NCBI GenBank assembly: GCA_017794825.1
Contig: CP051237.1
Span: 5,317,342-5,381,341, forward strand
Direction of reading: 5' to 3'
Origin: Pararhizobium sp.
GTDB taxonomy: Bacteria; Pseudomonadota; Alphaproteobacteria; Rhizobiales; Rhizobiaceae
DNA length: 64,000 nucleotides
This document shows, piece by piece, positions 37,670-46,605 of this stretch (position 1 is its first letter; every line of letters begins with the position of its first letter). The notes beneath the pieces are model-generated. The model saw only the letters and a list, made by a program, of their open reading frames with translations. It searched no databases and had not been told where the DNA came from. The translations under genes and the position numbers were made by a program.

Positions 37670-38707
37670 TCAGTAAGTTTCGACGAAACTCGGGTCGACC
37701 ATCATTTCGATCGTCAGCGACGGGGAAACCAGTCCGGCGTCCTGGAACCACTTCATCTGCTTTTCGGCGTCGGTCAGATCCAGCGACGCATTGTCGTTCA
37801 GGTTCATGGCGCCGTTCTGGATGGAGGGCGCAGCCTTTTCAAAAGGCTGATCCTGATAAACGTACTTGTGGATCATCTTCGTCATGTCCTCAAGTTCCTG
37901 CGGATCGGCGTCTTTCGTCAGCATGACGCTGTTGAAATCGGCGATGCCCCTGGCGTAGGCCTTGATGAACCGCTCGACCATGTCCCGACGCTCTTCGGTG
38001 TTTTTCGTCGACGTAAAGAGAGCCGAAATCTGGTATTCCGCATAATCGTAGAGCCAGCCGAGCATCTTGGCGTCGCCGCTTTCGACGAGCGGCTTGGCGA
38101 TGTGCGGCACCATGATCATGGAATCGACCTGACCGCTCTTCAGCGCGCCGATCATCGAGCCGACCTTCTGCAGGGGCACGAGTTTCAGTTCATCGATCGA
38201 GTACCCGGATTTTTCGGCGATGCGGGCAGCCATGTAGTGGAAGGTCGAGCCAACCTGGGTCATCGCCACGGAGTGGCCCTTCAGTTTGTCGACGGAATCC
38301 AGACCGTTGTCATAGGCGTTGTTCGAGGCGAGGATCATCATGCCGTCGACGCCTATCTTCTCATGAAGCACGCCGGCGACGACCTTGACCGATCCCTTTT
38401 CGGCGAGGTTCATCAGTCCGCCGGTGAGACCCGCTATTCCAAAATCGGCGTCGCCCGCAGCCACCGCGACGGCGATCGGCTGGGCAGCCTGGAAGAACTT
38501 GAACTCGACATCGAGTCCTTCGTCCTTGAAGTAGCCTTTTTCGTAGGCGATGAAGCCTGCCGCGTGCGACGTGAAGCGTAGTGCGCCCACGATGACCTTG
38601 TCGTCCGCCAGCGCGTAACCGGTCGAGACGAGAGTGGCTGCAGCAACGGTTACTGCAAGGGTGGCGCGCCGCAGGAGCGCGGGAATTTCAAGAAATCTTT
38701 TCATCAT
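37670..38707 (-). CDS. ABC transporter substrate-binding protein (NMT1/SsuA-like)
   Basis: 345 aa. Signal peptide ending ATLVSTGYALA. Confidence 0.85.
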   Translation of the reverse strand: MMKRFLEIPALLRRATLAVTVAAATLVSTGYALADDKVIVGALRFTSHAAGFIAYEKGYFKDEGLDVEFKFFQAAQPIAVAVAAGDADFGIAGLTGGLMNLAEKGSVKVVAGVLHEKIGVDGMMILASNNAYDNGLDSVDKLKGHSVAMTQVGSTFHYMAARIAEKSGYSIDELKLVPLQKVGSMIGALKSGQVDSMIMVPHIAKPLVESGDAKMLGWLYDYAEYQISALFTSTKNTEERRDMVERFIKAYARGIADFNSVMLTKDADPQELEDMTKMIHKYVYQDQPFEKAAPSIQNGAMNLNDNASLDLTDAEKQMKWFQDAGLVSPSLTIEMMVDPSFVETY

Positions 38708-38803
38708 ATCCTCCTCAGGAAAGCCCTCGGTCTGTGCCGGGAGCCGTGGCGGGACTTTGGTTGACGCCGCTGTTATTTGGTAGGCAAGTCTGCTGTCAAA
38801 GCA

Positions 38804-38818
38804 ATAGCCTCAAGCTAT
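38804..38818. promoter_or_regulatory. LysR-type (T-N11-A) palindromic box upstream of the ABC operon
   Basis: Perfect inverted repeat ATAGC-N5-GCTAT. On the minus strand it sits 4 nt upstream of a TTGACA -35-like hexamer, about 100 nt upstream of the SBP start. Confidence 0.35.
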
Positions 38819-38833
38819 GGACAGTCACGACCT

Positions 38834-39676
38834 TCACAATTGCACGTCGAAGCCGGTTCGCAAAGCGAGTAGGGCAAATTGACCCCTGGCCATATCTTCT
38901 CCTGTCATGATCGGATTGCCGCGCGCGCGGGCCGCGCGCAACCACGAAGTCAGTCTGCCCGATGAGACGATATCCGCAATCAGGGCGTCGGACGACGCGG
39001 TATCGAGAGGGAAAATCTGCGTGTCGTCCAGGAGCCCGATGTCTGTTGCGTTCACTATCAGATTATAGGCGTCGAGGGCGTCAGGCCGGCCGCAGAACAC
39101 CGAAGCTCCGGTGTTTTCCGAGAGGAGAGACGCAAGTCGGCGCATTCTGTCTTCATCGGTGTCATAAAGCCGCAATTGCCTGGCGCCTGCGTCCGTCAGC
39201 GCAAGCGCGATGGCGCCGCCGGCGCCGCCGCAGCCAAAAATCATTGCTTCGCCGGAGGCTGGATCATGACCCTTGGAAATCATGGCGCGAACGAAACCGT
39301 CTCCGTCGACATTGTCTCCGGTCAGGCTTCCGTCCTCGTTTCGCGTCACCACGTTGACTGCTTGCAGCAGCGCGGCTCTCTGCGTCGCCTGGTCGACAAG
39401 ATCGAGGCAGGCCTGCTTGTGTGGCGCCGTCACCACTGCGCCATTGCAGTTGGTCCAGCCGCGCAGGAACCGGAAGAAGGCGCCGAGATCATCAGCGGGA
39501 ATATCCATGGGCGTCATCACCGCAGCCATGTTGTGATCCGCGAACCAGCTGTTGAATATGGCCGGCGACTTCGCGTGGGCGATCGGAGAGCCGATCATCG
39601 CCACCACCCGGGCCTTGCCCGTCAGCATGGCTCCGATCTCTTCTGTTTCCGCCGGATTGTCATAAGGTTTGTTCAA
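38834..39676 (-). CDS. Shikimate/quinate dehydrogenase family protein (AroE/YdiB-like)
   Basis: 280 aa. IGSPIAHAKSPAIFN substrate motif and GCGGAGGAIA NAD(P)-binding motif. Confidence 0.8.
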   Translation of the reverse strand: MNKPYDNPAETEEIGAMLTGKARVVAMIGSPIAHAKSPAIFNSWFADHNMAAVMTPMDIPADDLGAFFRFLRGWTNCNGAVVTAPHKQACLDLVDQATQRAALLQAVNVVTRNEDGSLTGDNVDGDGFVRAMISKGHDPASGEAMIFGCGGAGGAIALALTDAGARQLRLYDTDEDRMRRLASLLSENTGASVFCGRPDALDAYNLIVNATDIGLLDDTQIFPLDTASSDALIADIVSSGRLTSWLRAARARGNPIMTGEDMARGQFALLALRTGFDVQL

Positions 39677-39769
39677 CGCGCGCCTCTGGTCGGGAAGGAT
39701 CTATTAAATTGCTGACCCGGATCAACCATGATAGTTGTGCCGGCTTCCTGATTGCAGACATGTGTAGCC

Positions 39770-40675
39770 ATGCTTTCCTTTCGTCAACTGGAAGTATTCC
39801 GATCCGTCATGGTCAGCGGTTCCATCAGCGCCGCTTCGCAACAGCTCAACATCGCCCAGCCGACGGTCAGCAACACCATCAAGCGGCTTGAGGATGTTCT
39901 CGGCGTGCGGCTGTTTCATCGCAACGCCGGCCGTCTGACGCCGACGCGCACCGCCCGCCAGATCTTCGAGGTCGTCCAGCCGTCAATGACCGGCCTGGAG
40001 CAATTGTCGAGCACCGTCTTCGAAATCGCGTCCGGTCAGTCCGTCACCTTGCGAATGGGCGTTTCGCCAAGCGTCTCGCAGGCGCTTGGGCCAAAGGCGC
40101 TCGCCAAGCTCGCCCGCCGCAATCCGGGCGCCAAGCTGCGCATGGACACCCTGTCGCTGACCCAGATCAAGGATTATCTGTGGCTGGCGGAAGGCGATTG
40201 CGTCGTCACCATCTATCCGGTGAACGACGCCATGATCGTCTCGCAGAAGATCGCCGAGATTTCGATGGCCTGCATCGTGCCTCGCGATCATCCGATGGCG
40301 GACAACGACAGCGTCTACATCGACCAGCTTGCCGACGAGCGTCTGATCTTCTTTCACCCTAACACGCCGCACGGTCGCTGGGTGAAGGACATGTTCGAGG
40401 AACGTGACATCACGCCCAACATCACGATCGAGACCCGATTTGCGGAAAGCGCGATCTCCTTGATGTACGAGGATTTCGGCATCGCGATCGTCGATGAATT
40501 GACGGCGACCGGCGTTAGGGATCCCGCAATCAAGCCCATTCCGTTCGCCGACGGGCCGCGGCTTCCCGTTCTCCTGCACCACCACAAGGATCATGGCGCA
40601 AGGCGGGTCATTGAAACCATCCGTGAAAGTCTGACCGAAGCCGCGCGCGAGATCGGTCTCGAATATATAACATAG
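39770..40675 (+). CDS. LysR family transcriptional regulator
   Basis: MLSFRQLEVFRSVMVSGSISAASQQLNIAQPTVSNTIKRLE wHTH. Divergent from the AroE-like gene. Confidence 0.85.
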   Translation: MLSFRQLEVFRSVMVSGSISAASQQLNIAQPTVSNTIKRLEDVLGVRLFHRNAGRLTPTRTARQIFEVVQPSMTGLEQLSSTVFEIASGQSVTLRMGVSPSVSQALGPKALAKLARRNPGAKLRMDTLSLTQIKDYLWLAEGDCVVTIYPVNDAMIVSQKIAEISMACIVPRDHPMADNDSVYIDQLADERLIFFHPNTPHGRWVKDMFEERDITPNITIETRFAESAISLMYEDFGIAIVDELTATGVRDPAIKPIPFADGPRLPVLLHHHKDHGARRVIETIRESLTEAAREIGLEYIT

Positions 40676-40753
40676 CTTTACGCTATGCCGGCTGGTTGAT
40701 TTTGTGCTGGCGGCTGTCCGGTCTTCAAGCAAGTTTTCCCCGGTCAAACGGAG

Positions 40754-41929
40754 ATGATTGGAATGAAGATACCGGGAGGAGCCAGGAGCCTGCTGTCGGC
40801 TGCTGCGGACACCGACTTGCCTTTCGCCCTGTGGCGCAGGCCGGATACGGCTCACTGGGAGGCGCTCGTCAGTTGCAACGGCCTGACGAAACGGCCGGTG
40901 TTCGCCAAGTCGCACGAGCGGCCGTTCTTTGCGATCAACCGCGTCGATGTTGAAGACGCCAACCTGGCCGACGCCATCGAAGGCGATGTGCGGCTTGACA
41001 AGGACGGCGTAAAATTCTGGACCGGATCCGCCTACGGCGATGATCCTGTTTCCGACGATCAGAAAAGACTGCTGGAGCTTGCCGACGACCGGATGGATGT
41101 TCCCGTTCAGTCGCGGTCCAAAGTCGAGGGGCCGCTGGCGACCGACCGTCATACCTATGAACTGCTGGTGGAGCGCTGCGTCCAGCAGATCAAATCGGGC
41201 CGGATGCGCAAGCTTGTCACGTCGCGCGTGGAAAATCGCGCGCTGCCGCCGGAATATGATCTGCTCGATATGGCCGAACGGCTTGCAGCCAAGCTGCCGT
41301 CCGCGTTCGTCGCGCTCGTTCACCTGCCTGAAACGGGAAGCTGGCTCGTCGGTACCCCGGAGATCCTGCTTTCGTCCACCCCGGATGGCGTTGACACCAT
41401 GGCGCTTGCCGGCACGCAATGGGTCGGACCGGATCCGGATCTCAGAAATATCGGCTGGCCGGACGGGCTGATCGAGGAGCAGGCGCTTGTCAGCAATTAT
41501 ATACGGCGGGCTTTCCTGGAGCAGGGCATCGACGACTTCGAAGAAGTGGGGCCGCGCACGGTGTCGGCGGCAAATCTGGTGCATCTAAGAACGATATTCC
41601 GCAGAAAGGCGGACGGTCTCGACGAAGACCGGCTGGCCGGCCTCCTGCGAAGCCTGCATCCGACATCGGCCGTCTGCGGCATGCCGAAGCCGCCGGCAAT
41701 CGAATTCCTGAAGCGGTTCGAAGGCTATGACCGCGGCTACTACACCGGATATCTCGGACCGGTCGACTGGGACGGCTCGACGAAGCTCTACGTGAATCTG
41801 CGGACCGCCCAAATTCTTGGGCAGGAAATCAGTCTCTATGTCGGGGGCGGGATAGTCGAGACTTCGAACCCGGCCCGCGAATGGATCGAGACGGTCGAAA
41901 AGACCAAGACGGTCGGGTCGATTATCTGA
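40754..41929 (+). CDS. Isochorismate synthase (MenF/EntC family chorismate-binding enzyme)
   Basis: C-terminal chorismate-binding motifs (LHPTSAVCGMP, RGYYTGYLGPVD, VGGGIVETSNPAREWIET). The alternative ATG at 40763 has better RBS spacing. Confidence 0.8.
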   Translation: MIGMKIPGGARSLLSAAADTDLPFALWRRPDTAHWEALVSCNGLTKRPVFAKSHERPFFAINRVDVEDANLADAIEGDVRLDKDGVKFWTGSAYGDDPVSDDQKRLLELADDRMDVPVQSRSKVEGPLATDRHTYELLVERCVQQIKSGRMRKLVTSRVENRALPPEYDLLDMAERLAAKLPSAFVALVHLPETGSWLVGTPEILLSSTPDGVDTMALAGTQWVGPDPDLRNIGWPDGLIEEQALVSNYIRRAFLEQGIDDFEEVGPRTVSAANLVHLRTIFRRKADGLDEDRLAGLLRSLHPTSAVCGMPKPPAIEFLKRFEGYDRGYYTGYLGPVDWDGSTKLYVNLRTAQILGQEISLYVGGGIVETSNPAREWIETVEKTKTVGSII

Positions 41930-41936
41930 AGAGGAT

Positions 41937-41965
41937 GCGAGCAGGCGGGTGCTGCTCGCTTTTTT
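41937..41965 (+). terminator. Rho-independent terminator after the isochorismate synthase gene
   Basis: GCGAGCAG (41937-41944) pairs with CTGCTCGC (41952-41959) around a 7-nt loop, followed by TTTTTT (41960-41965). Confidence 0.7.
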
Positions 41966-42679
41966 CTAATTGTAGGTGCGGATGAGCCCGACGAGCTTGC
42001 CCTGGATCTTGACTTGGTCCGGTCCGAAGATCCGCGTCTCGTAGGCGGGGTTGGCGGCTTCCAGCGCAATGGACGCGCCCTTGCGGCGAAAACGCTTCAG
42101 CGTGGCTTCCTCGTCGTCGACGAGGGCGACGACGATTTCTCCGGGATTGGCCGTCGACGCGTTCTTGATCACCACCGTGTCGCCGTCAAAGATGCCGGCC
42201 TCAATCATCGAGTCGCCCTTGACCTCAAGCGCGTAGTGCTCACCATTGCCGAGCATTTCCGGCGGAACGTTGATATTGTGGGTATTGTTCTGGATGGCGG
42301 ATATCGGCACGCCGGCTGCGATACGGCCCATGACCGGCACGCTGACGGAAGAATTCGCTGCTTCCTTAGGCGCTTCCCGCACCGGTTTCGGCTGCGTCTT
42401 GCCGAGACTGCCTTCGATAACGCTCGGAGAGAAGCCCTTGCGCGGATGCAAACCCTGCGCCGCCATCTCCGGAAGCCTGATGACTTCCAGGGCTCTGGCG
42501 CGGTTCGGCAGGCGGCGAATGAAGCCGCGTTCCTCGAGCGCCGTAATCAAGCGATGAATGCCTGATTTGGACGCGAGATCGAGCGCGTCTTTCATCTCGT
42601 CAAATGACGGCGGTATTCCGGATTCCTTCATCCGTTCGTGAATGAACAGAAGCAGTTCGTGCTGCTTGCGCGTTAACAT
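41966..42679 (-). CDS. lexA: LexA repressor
   Basis: [29 protein letters not shown] wHTH, a long alphaproteobacterial linker, and a C-terminal S24 peptidase ([11 protein letters not shown]...[13 protein letters not shown]). Confidence 0.93.
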   Translation of the reverse strand: MLTRKQHELLLFIHERMKESGIPPSFDEMKDALDLASKSGIHRLITALEERGFIRRLPNRARALEVIRLPEMAAQGLHPRKGFSPSVIEGSLGKTQPKPVREAPKEAANSSVSVPVMGRIAAGVPISAIQNNTHNINVPPEMLGNGEHYALEVKGDSMIEAGIFDGDTVVIKNASTANPGEIVVALVDDEEATLKRFRRKGASIALEAANPAYETRIFGPDQVKIQGKLVGLIRTYN

Positions 42680-42726
42680 GCCCAATCCTCCGAATCGGCG
42701 AAACAAATACAGAACATACACTATAT

Positions 42727-42741
42727 GTTCCAGTTGTGTTC
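42727..42741. promoter_or_regulatory. Alphaproteobacterial SOS box (LexA operator)
   Basis: Perfect GTTC-CAGTTGT-GTTC (GAAC-N7-GAAC on the gene strand), 48-62 nt upstream of the lexA ATG. A second imperfect copy, AAAC-N7-GAAC, lies at 42701-42715. Confidence 0.8.
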
Positions 42742-42889
42742 TGCAAGTGTATTGCGCAATTTGGTTAAGAATGGATTGAAGGCGACGGCGCCGACGCAAG
42801 AGGATGCGTCGGCGTCGAACATATTCGCTGATCTGAATCTATTTCATTCGACCGGGCGCGGTTTGTGACTGCGCCAGACGTTGCGGTCT

Positions 42890-45124
42890 CTATTTCACCG
42901 GAAAGGGAATTCGCAGGTTGAGCGTGCCGCCGTAGGATGTGGATTCGTCGTTGTAGGCGGCGGTGAACCGGCCCGTCAGGCTGGCTTTGCCGTCGAAGTC
43001 GATCGCAAGCTCGGCGCCGCCGATGAAGAACGTTCCGTCGATATCGCCCGGTCCTGCGAAACTCGTCGACGAGCCGATCGCAGACACCGTGAAGGCGTCG
43101 TCGCTGAAACCGGCGAAGGTTACGCCAGCGAATGGCTTGAAGCGGATCGTGTTGCCGCCTGACTGCATCTCGAAGGGCAGGCCGGCTTCCAACGTACCGA
43201 AATAGTAGGCCGAATCTCGCGCTCCGATCGTCGCGCCGTCGAAGCCGGAAACCCGGTAGCTGTCGGCCCAGTTCCACAGTGCGCCTGCCTGACCAAGCAG
43301 TTCCAGGCCGACATAGCCGCCCATTTCGGACGCCGGGATATCGTAGGCGACACCGCCGGTCGCCGCCAGGAACGAGCCGTCGCCCGAGCCGCTGCCGGTG
43401 CGATAGTCGGGGCTCGACAGGCTGGTCTGCGTGACGCCTCCCAGGATGGCCGCATTCAGCGTGAACCGGCTGTTCGGGAAGTAGAAGGCGCGAACGCCGC
43501 CAAAGCCGGAGGTCAGATCCGTGTCGTGTTCGCCGTCGTCGATGCTTGAAGAATAGGATGCGCCGCCACCGAACAGGCCGATGGTCCACATGGCGTTCAC
43601 GGCGTGATCATACCCGCCGACGCCGCCTGCGCCGGATGTGTCGTAGCCGCTGTAAACGGTGGAAGATTCGAAATCCGTCGCGCTGCCGAACCCGGTCAGC
43701 CAGAAGCCGCTTTCTCCAGCTTCAGGGCGGTCGTGATAGAGCGTGTCGGTCATGTCGAAGAAGAACGAACGCATCAGCGCGTCGCCGCTCTGGAAGGGCG
43801 CGGGATCGATCGTTGCGATTTGCGTTGGCGTCACGATCGCCGCAAAGCCGTTCAGGTCGACGATTTCCGGGGCAGAGACAAAATTGACGAGGGACGCGAC
43901 GGGGCTGTCCACGATGAAGCTGTCCGTTCCGTCGCCGAGTTCCACGAGGCCGACGATCCGCGAACCGGTTCCGATCTGCAGTGCGTCGTCGCCTTCGCCG
44001 AGGTTGATCGCGACGCCGCCGAAACCTTCGAGATAACCGTAGTTGTAAACGGTTTGCGACTGCGTGTTGAGGGGATCGGTGTTGATTGCATGGTAGCCGA
44101 TGATGCTTCCGGTGTTCGTGACAAAGGAAGGCGCTGCGCCGTCTTCATCGAAGTCGACGCCGTCTTGCGAATCGGCCCCGCCGTTCTCCACCTCTATGAG
44201 GCCGGTGTTCAGCACCACCCCGTCGTCGAGGTCGATGCCGTCCTGCGGGTCGCCGGCGTTGTAGGGAATATAGATCGAGCCGTTGTTTTCGATCCGGGAA
44301 TTGGTTGCTGTGTGAATGCCGTCGTCAAGGGCGGTGATCGAGCCGTTGTTGATGACCACGGCGCCGTCCGCGTCCAGGTTTATGCCTTCGTCCGTGGCGT
44401 AGATCGCGCCATTGTTGATCGCGGTGCTGTTCAATTCCGCCTGGATGCCGTCGTCGGAGGCGTTCAGCGTTCCGTCATTGACGATATACGCGCCGTCGCC
44501 TGCGTTTATTCCGTCACCGTCATAGGCGGTCACGGTTCCCGTGTTGACGATCTCGCCGTCGTTCTCGACCTGGATCCCGTCATCGGAGCCGGTTGCTGTT
44601 CCTTCATTGAGGATATAGGCGCCGTCGGCGGCCTTCAGGGCGTCGCCGTCATTTGCGGTGACTGTACCCTCGTTGATGATCTCTCCATCATCCTCGACCT
44701 GCACGCCGTCGTCCGCTCCGATGATTTCACCGGTTTTGCTGTTGAGGACGTAGGTGTCGTCATCGACGTTGACGCCATCGCCATCGCCGTCGATGACGCC
44801 GTTGTTCGTGACGCTGGCTTCGTCGCCGCCCTGCACGCCATGCTCGCCGCCGCCCGATAGGATCGTTCCGTCGTTGGTCAGAGTTCCATTGTCGCCAAAC
44901 CGGAATCCGCGGTCTACGACGGCGCCTTCCTCGACGATAACCGTCACGTCATCCACATTCTCGTCCACGAAACCGGTGCTCGGACCGGTGCAGATCACCG
45001 TTTGGCCGTCGGTCGGCGAGGCGGGGTCGCAATCGGCCCGGGCGGTCGATACGGAAATGACTGTCAAGCAAGCGACGCCACACAGAAGTTGCGCCGCAAT
45101 TGACGCCAAAGATCTCGATTTCAT
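42890..45124 (-). CDS. Autotransporter (type Va) with repetitive Asp/Gly/Asn-rich passenger and C-terminal beta-barrel
   Basis: ATG 45124 gives the signal peptide MKSRSLASIAAQLLCGVACLTVISVSTARA. Passenger with 42-aa repeats. The C-terminal roughly 280 aa show alternating-hydrophobic barrel strands ending in LNLRIPF. Confidence 0.85.
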   Translation of the reverse strand: MKSRSLASIAAQLLCGVACLTVISVSTARADCDPASPTDGQTVICTGPSTGFVDENVDDVTVIVEEGAVVDRGFRFGDNGTLTNDGTILSGGGEHGVQGGDEASVTNNGVIDGDGDGVNVDDDTYVLNSKTGEIIGADDGVQVEDDGEIINEGTVTANDGDALKAADGAYILNEGTATGSDDGIQVENDGEIVNTGTVTAYDGDGINAGDGAYIVNDGTLNASDDGIQAELNSTAINNGAIYATDEGINLDADGAVVINNGSITALDDGIHTATNSRIENNGSIYIPYNAGDPQDGIDLDDGVVLNTGLIEVENGGADSQDGVDFDEDGAAPSFVTNTGSIIGYHAINTDPLNTQSQTVYNYGYLEGFGGVAINLGEGDDALQIGTGSRIVGLVELGDGTDSFIVDSPVASLVNFVSAPEIVDLNGFAAIVTPTQIATIDPAPFQSGDALMRSFFFDMTDTLYHDRPEAGESGFWLTGFGSATDFESSTVYSGYDTSGAGGVGGYDHAVNAMWTIGLFGGGASYSSSIDDGEHDTDLTSGFGGVRAFYFPNSRFTLNAAILGGVTQTSLSSPDYRTGSGSGDGSFLAATGGVAYDIPASEMGGYVGLELLGQAGALWNWADSYRVSGFDGATIGARDSAYYFGTLEAGLPFEMQSGGNTIRFKPFAGVTFAGFSDDAFTVSAIGSSTSFAGPGDIDGTFFIGGAELAIDFDGKASLTGRFTAAYNDESTSYGGTLNLRIPFPVK
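44455..44720 (-). repeat. Tandem ~126-nt (42-aa) coding repeats inside the autotransporter passenger
   Basis: Two adjacent near-identical units encode DDG(I/V)QVE(N/D)DGEI(V/I)N.GTVTA.DGD....DGAYI.N.GT. More diverged copies flank them. Confidence 0.8.
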
Positions 45125-45274
45125 GTATTCCCCCGACTGGATATATGATGATCTGCTGGAACCAGCAGGACTTTTGTAGGGTGGCTGCATGACACTTATG
45201 CGACAGCTTGATGATCGCGGACTGTCTGGCGCCGCGGCGGTCCTGCTGGAACGAAATCGGAATAAAAAGATTCA

Positions 45275-45302
45275 TTGACCGGTCGGTCGGTTTAAGTACT
45301 AT
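45275..45302 (+). promoter_or_regulatory. Putative sigma70-type promoter of paaG-paaI-paaK(-paaX)
   Basis: TTGACC (45275-45280), a 16-nt spacer, then TACTAT (45297-45302). The ATG is at 45332 after GGGAGGAG. Confidence 0.5.
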
Positions 45303-45331
45303 TGCAGACGGTGCGCAGGGAGGAGACGCCA

Positions 45332-46117
45332 ATGAGCGACGGTTCAGTCAAGGTCGAAAAGCAGGACGGTTATGTCGTGATAACACTCGACAGGTCGGAC
45401 AAGCTCAACGCCTTCAACGAAACCCAGCATGTCAGCCTGAGAGACGCACTCGCAGAGGCGGAAGGAGATCCGTCCTGCCGGGCAATATTGCTGACGGGCG
45501 CCGGCCGTGGCTTTTGCGCCGGCCAGGATCTCTCCGAACGGGATCCCTCCCAGAAGGACATCGATCTCGGCCTGACCATCGACACACTGTACAATCCTCT
45601 CGTCCGCAGGATCCGGTCCATCGGAAAGCCTGTGATTTGCGCCGTGAACGGCGTGGCCGCCGGGGCAGGGGCCAATATCGCGCTCGCCTGCGACATCGTG
45701 CTTGCCGCACGCTCGGCGAAATTCATCCAGGCGTTTTCCCGCATCGGCCTGGTGCCGGACAGCGGCGGCACATGGACCGTGCCGAACCTCATCGGCGAAG
45801 CACGCGCCAAGGCGATCATGTTCACCGGCGAGCCGGTGTCGGCGGAACAGGCGGCGGATTGGGGCATGATCTGGAAAGTCGTGGACGACGACGACCTCAT
45901 GGCGGAAGCCGCGGCTCTCACAGCTAATCTCGCGAAAGGTCCGACAAGAAGTCTCGGCCTGACGAAGGGCCTGATCCAGCAGGCCGGCGACAACACGCTC
46001 GATCGGCAGCTTGACCTGGAGCGCGATACGCAAAGGGAAGTAGGTCAAGGAACGGACTACGCCGAAGGCGTGCGCGCCTTCATGGAAAAGCGTCCGGCGA
46101 AATTTACGGGGCGATAG
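45332..46117 (+). CDS. paaG: 2-(1,2-epoxy-1,2-dihydrophenyl)acetyl-CoA isomerase (crotonase family)
   Basis: Colinear with E. coli PaaG (LLTGAGRGFCAGQDL, YNPLVRR, KPVICAVNGVAAGAGA, EQA..WGMIW.VVDD, DLERD). Confidence 0.9.
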   Translation: MSDGSVKVEKQDGYVVITLDRSDKLNAFNETQHVSLRDALAEAEGDPSCRAILLTGAGRGFCAGQDLSERDPSQKDIDLGLTIDTLYNPLVRRIRSIGKPVICAVNGVAAGAGANIALACDIVLAARSAKFIQAFSRIGLVPDSGGTWTVPNLIGEARAKAIMFTGEPVSAEQAADWGMIWKVVDDDDLMAEAAALTANLAKGPTRSLGLTKGLIQQAGDNTLDRQLDLERDTQREVGQGTDYAEGVRAFMEKRPAKFTGR

Positions 46118-46120
46118 ACC

Positions 46121-46582
46121 ATGTCGAACGATACTGCGCAGAGGCCGCTTTCGGCGGAGGACCTGGCGAAAGCCAGCGCCGAGGCGATGTGGCGGGAGGA
46201 CCGCGCCTCGCAGCATATGGGCATGGAAATCATTGATATCGGTCCGGGTCGGGCGACGTTGCGCATGCCGGTGCAGGACCACATGGTCAACGGGCTGGAT
46301 ATCTGCCACGGCGGTTTCGTCTTCACCCTGGCGGACAGCGCGTTCGCCTTCGCCTGCAACAGCTACAACCAGTATGCGGTCGCACAGCATTGCGCGGTAT
46401 CGTTTCTGCAGCCGGCGCGGCGCGGCGAGGTGCTGACAGCAATCGCAAACGAAGTTCACAGGACGACCCGCAGCGGCATTTACGACATCCGGGTGACGCG
46501 GGATGACGGGACGGTTGTGGCCGAATTTCGCGGCCACTGCCGGACCATCAAGGGAACGCACGTGCCGGAGGCGGCTGAGTAG
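46121..46582 (+). CDS. paaI: Hydroxyphenylacetyl-CoA thioesterase (hotdog fold)
   Basis: 153 aa. CHGGFVFTLADSAFAFACNS motif as in PaaI. Confidence 0.9.
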   Translation: MSNDTAQRPLSAEDLAKASAEAMWREDRASQHMGMEIIDIGPGRATLRMPVQDHMVNGLDICHGGFVFTLADSAFAFACNSYNQYAVAQHCAVSFLQPARRGEVLTAIANEVHRTTRSGIYDIRVTRDDGTVVAEFRGHCRTIKGTHVPEAAE

Positions 46583-46605
46583 CAGACCGATCGACGGAGG
46601 AGACA

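Noticed and set aside
39983-41584. A 533-aa minus-strand ORF opposite the LysR and isochorismate synthase genes
   Set aside because: It is a shadow ORF across two plus-strand genes with clear family motifs. The composition is low-complexity and Arg-rich.
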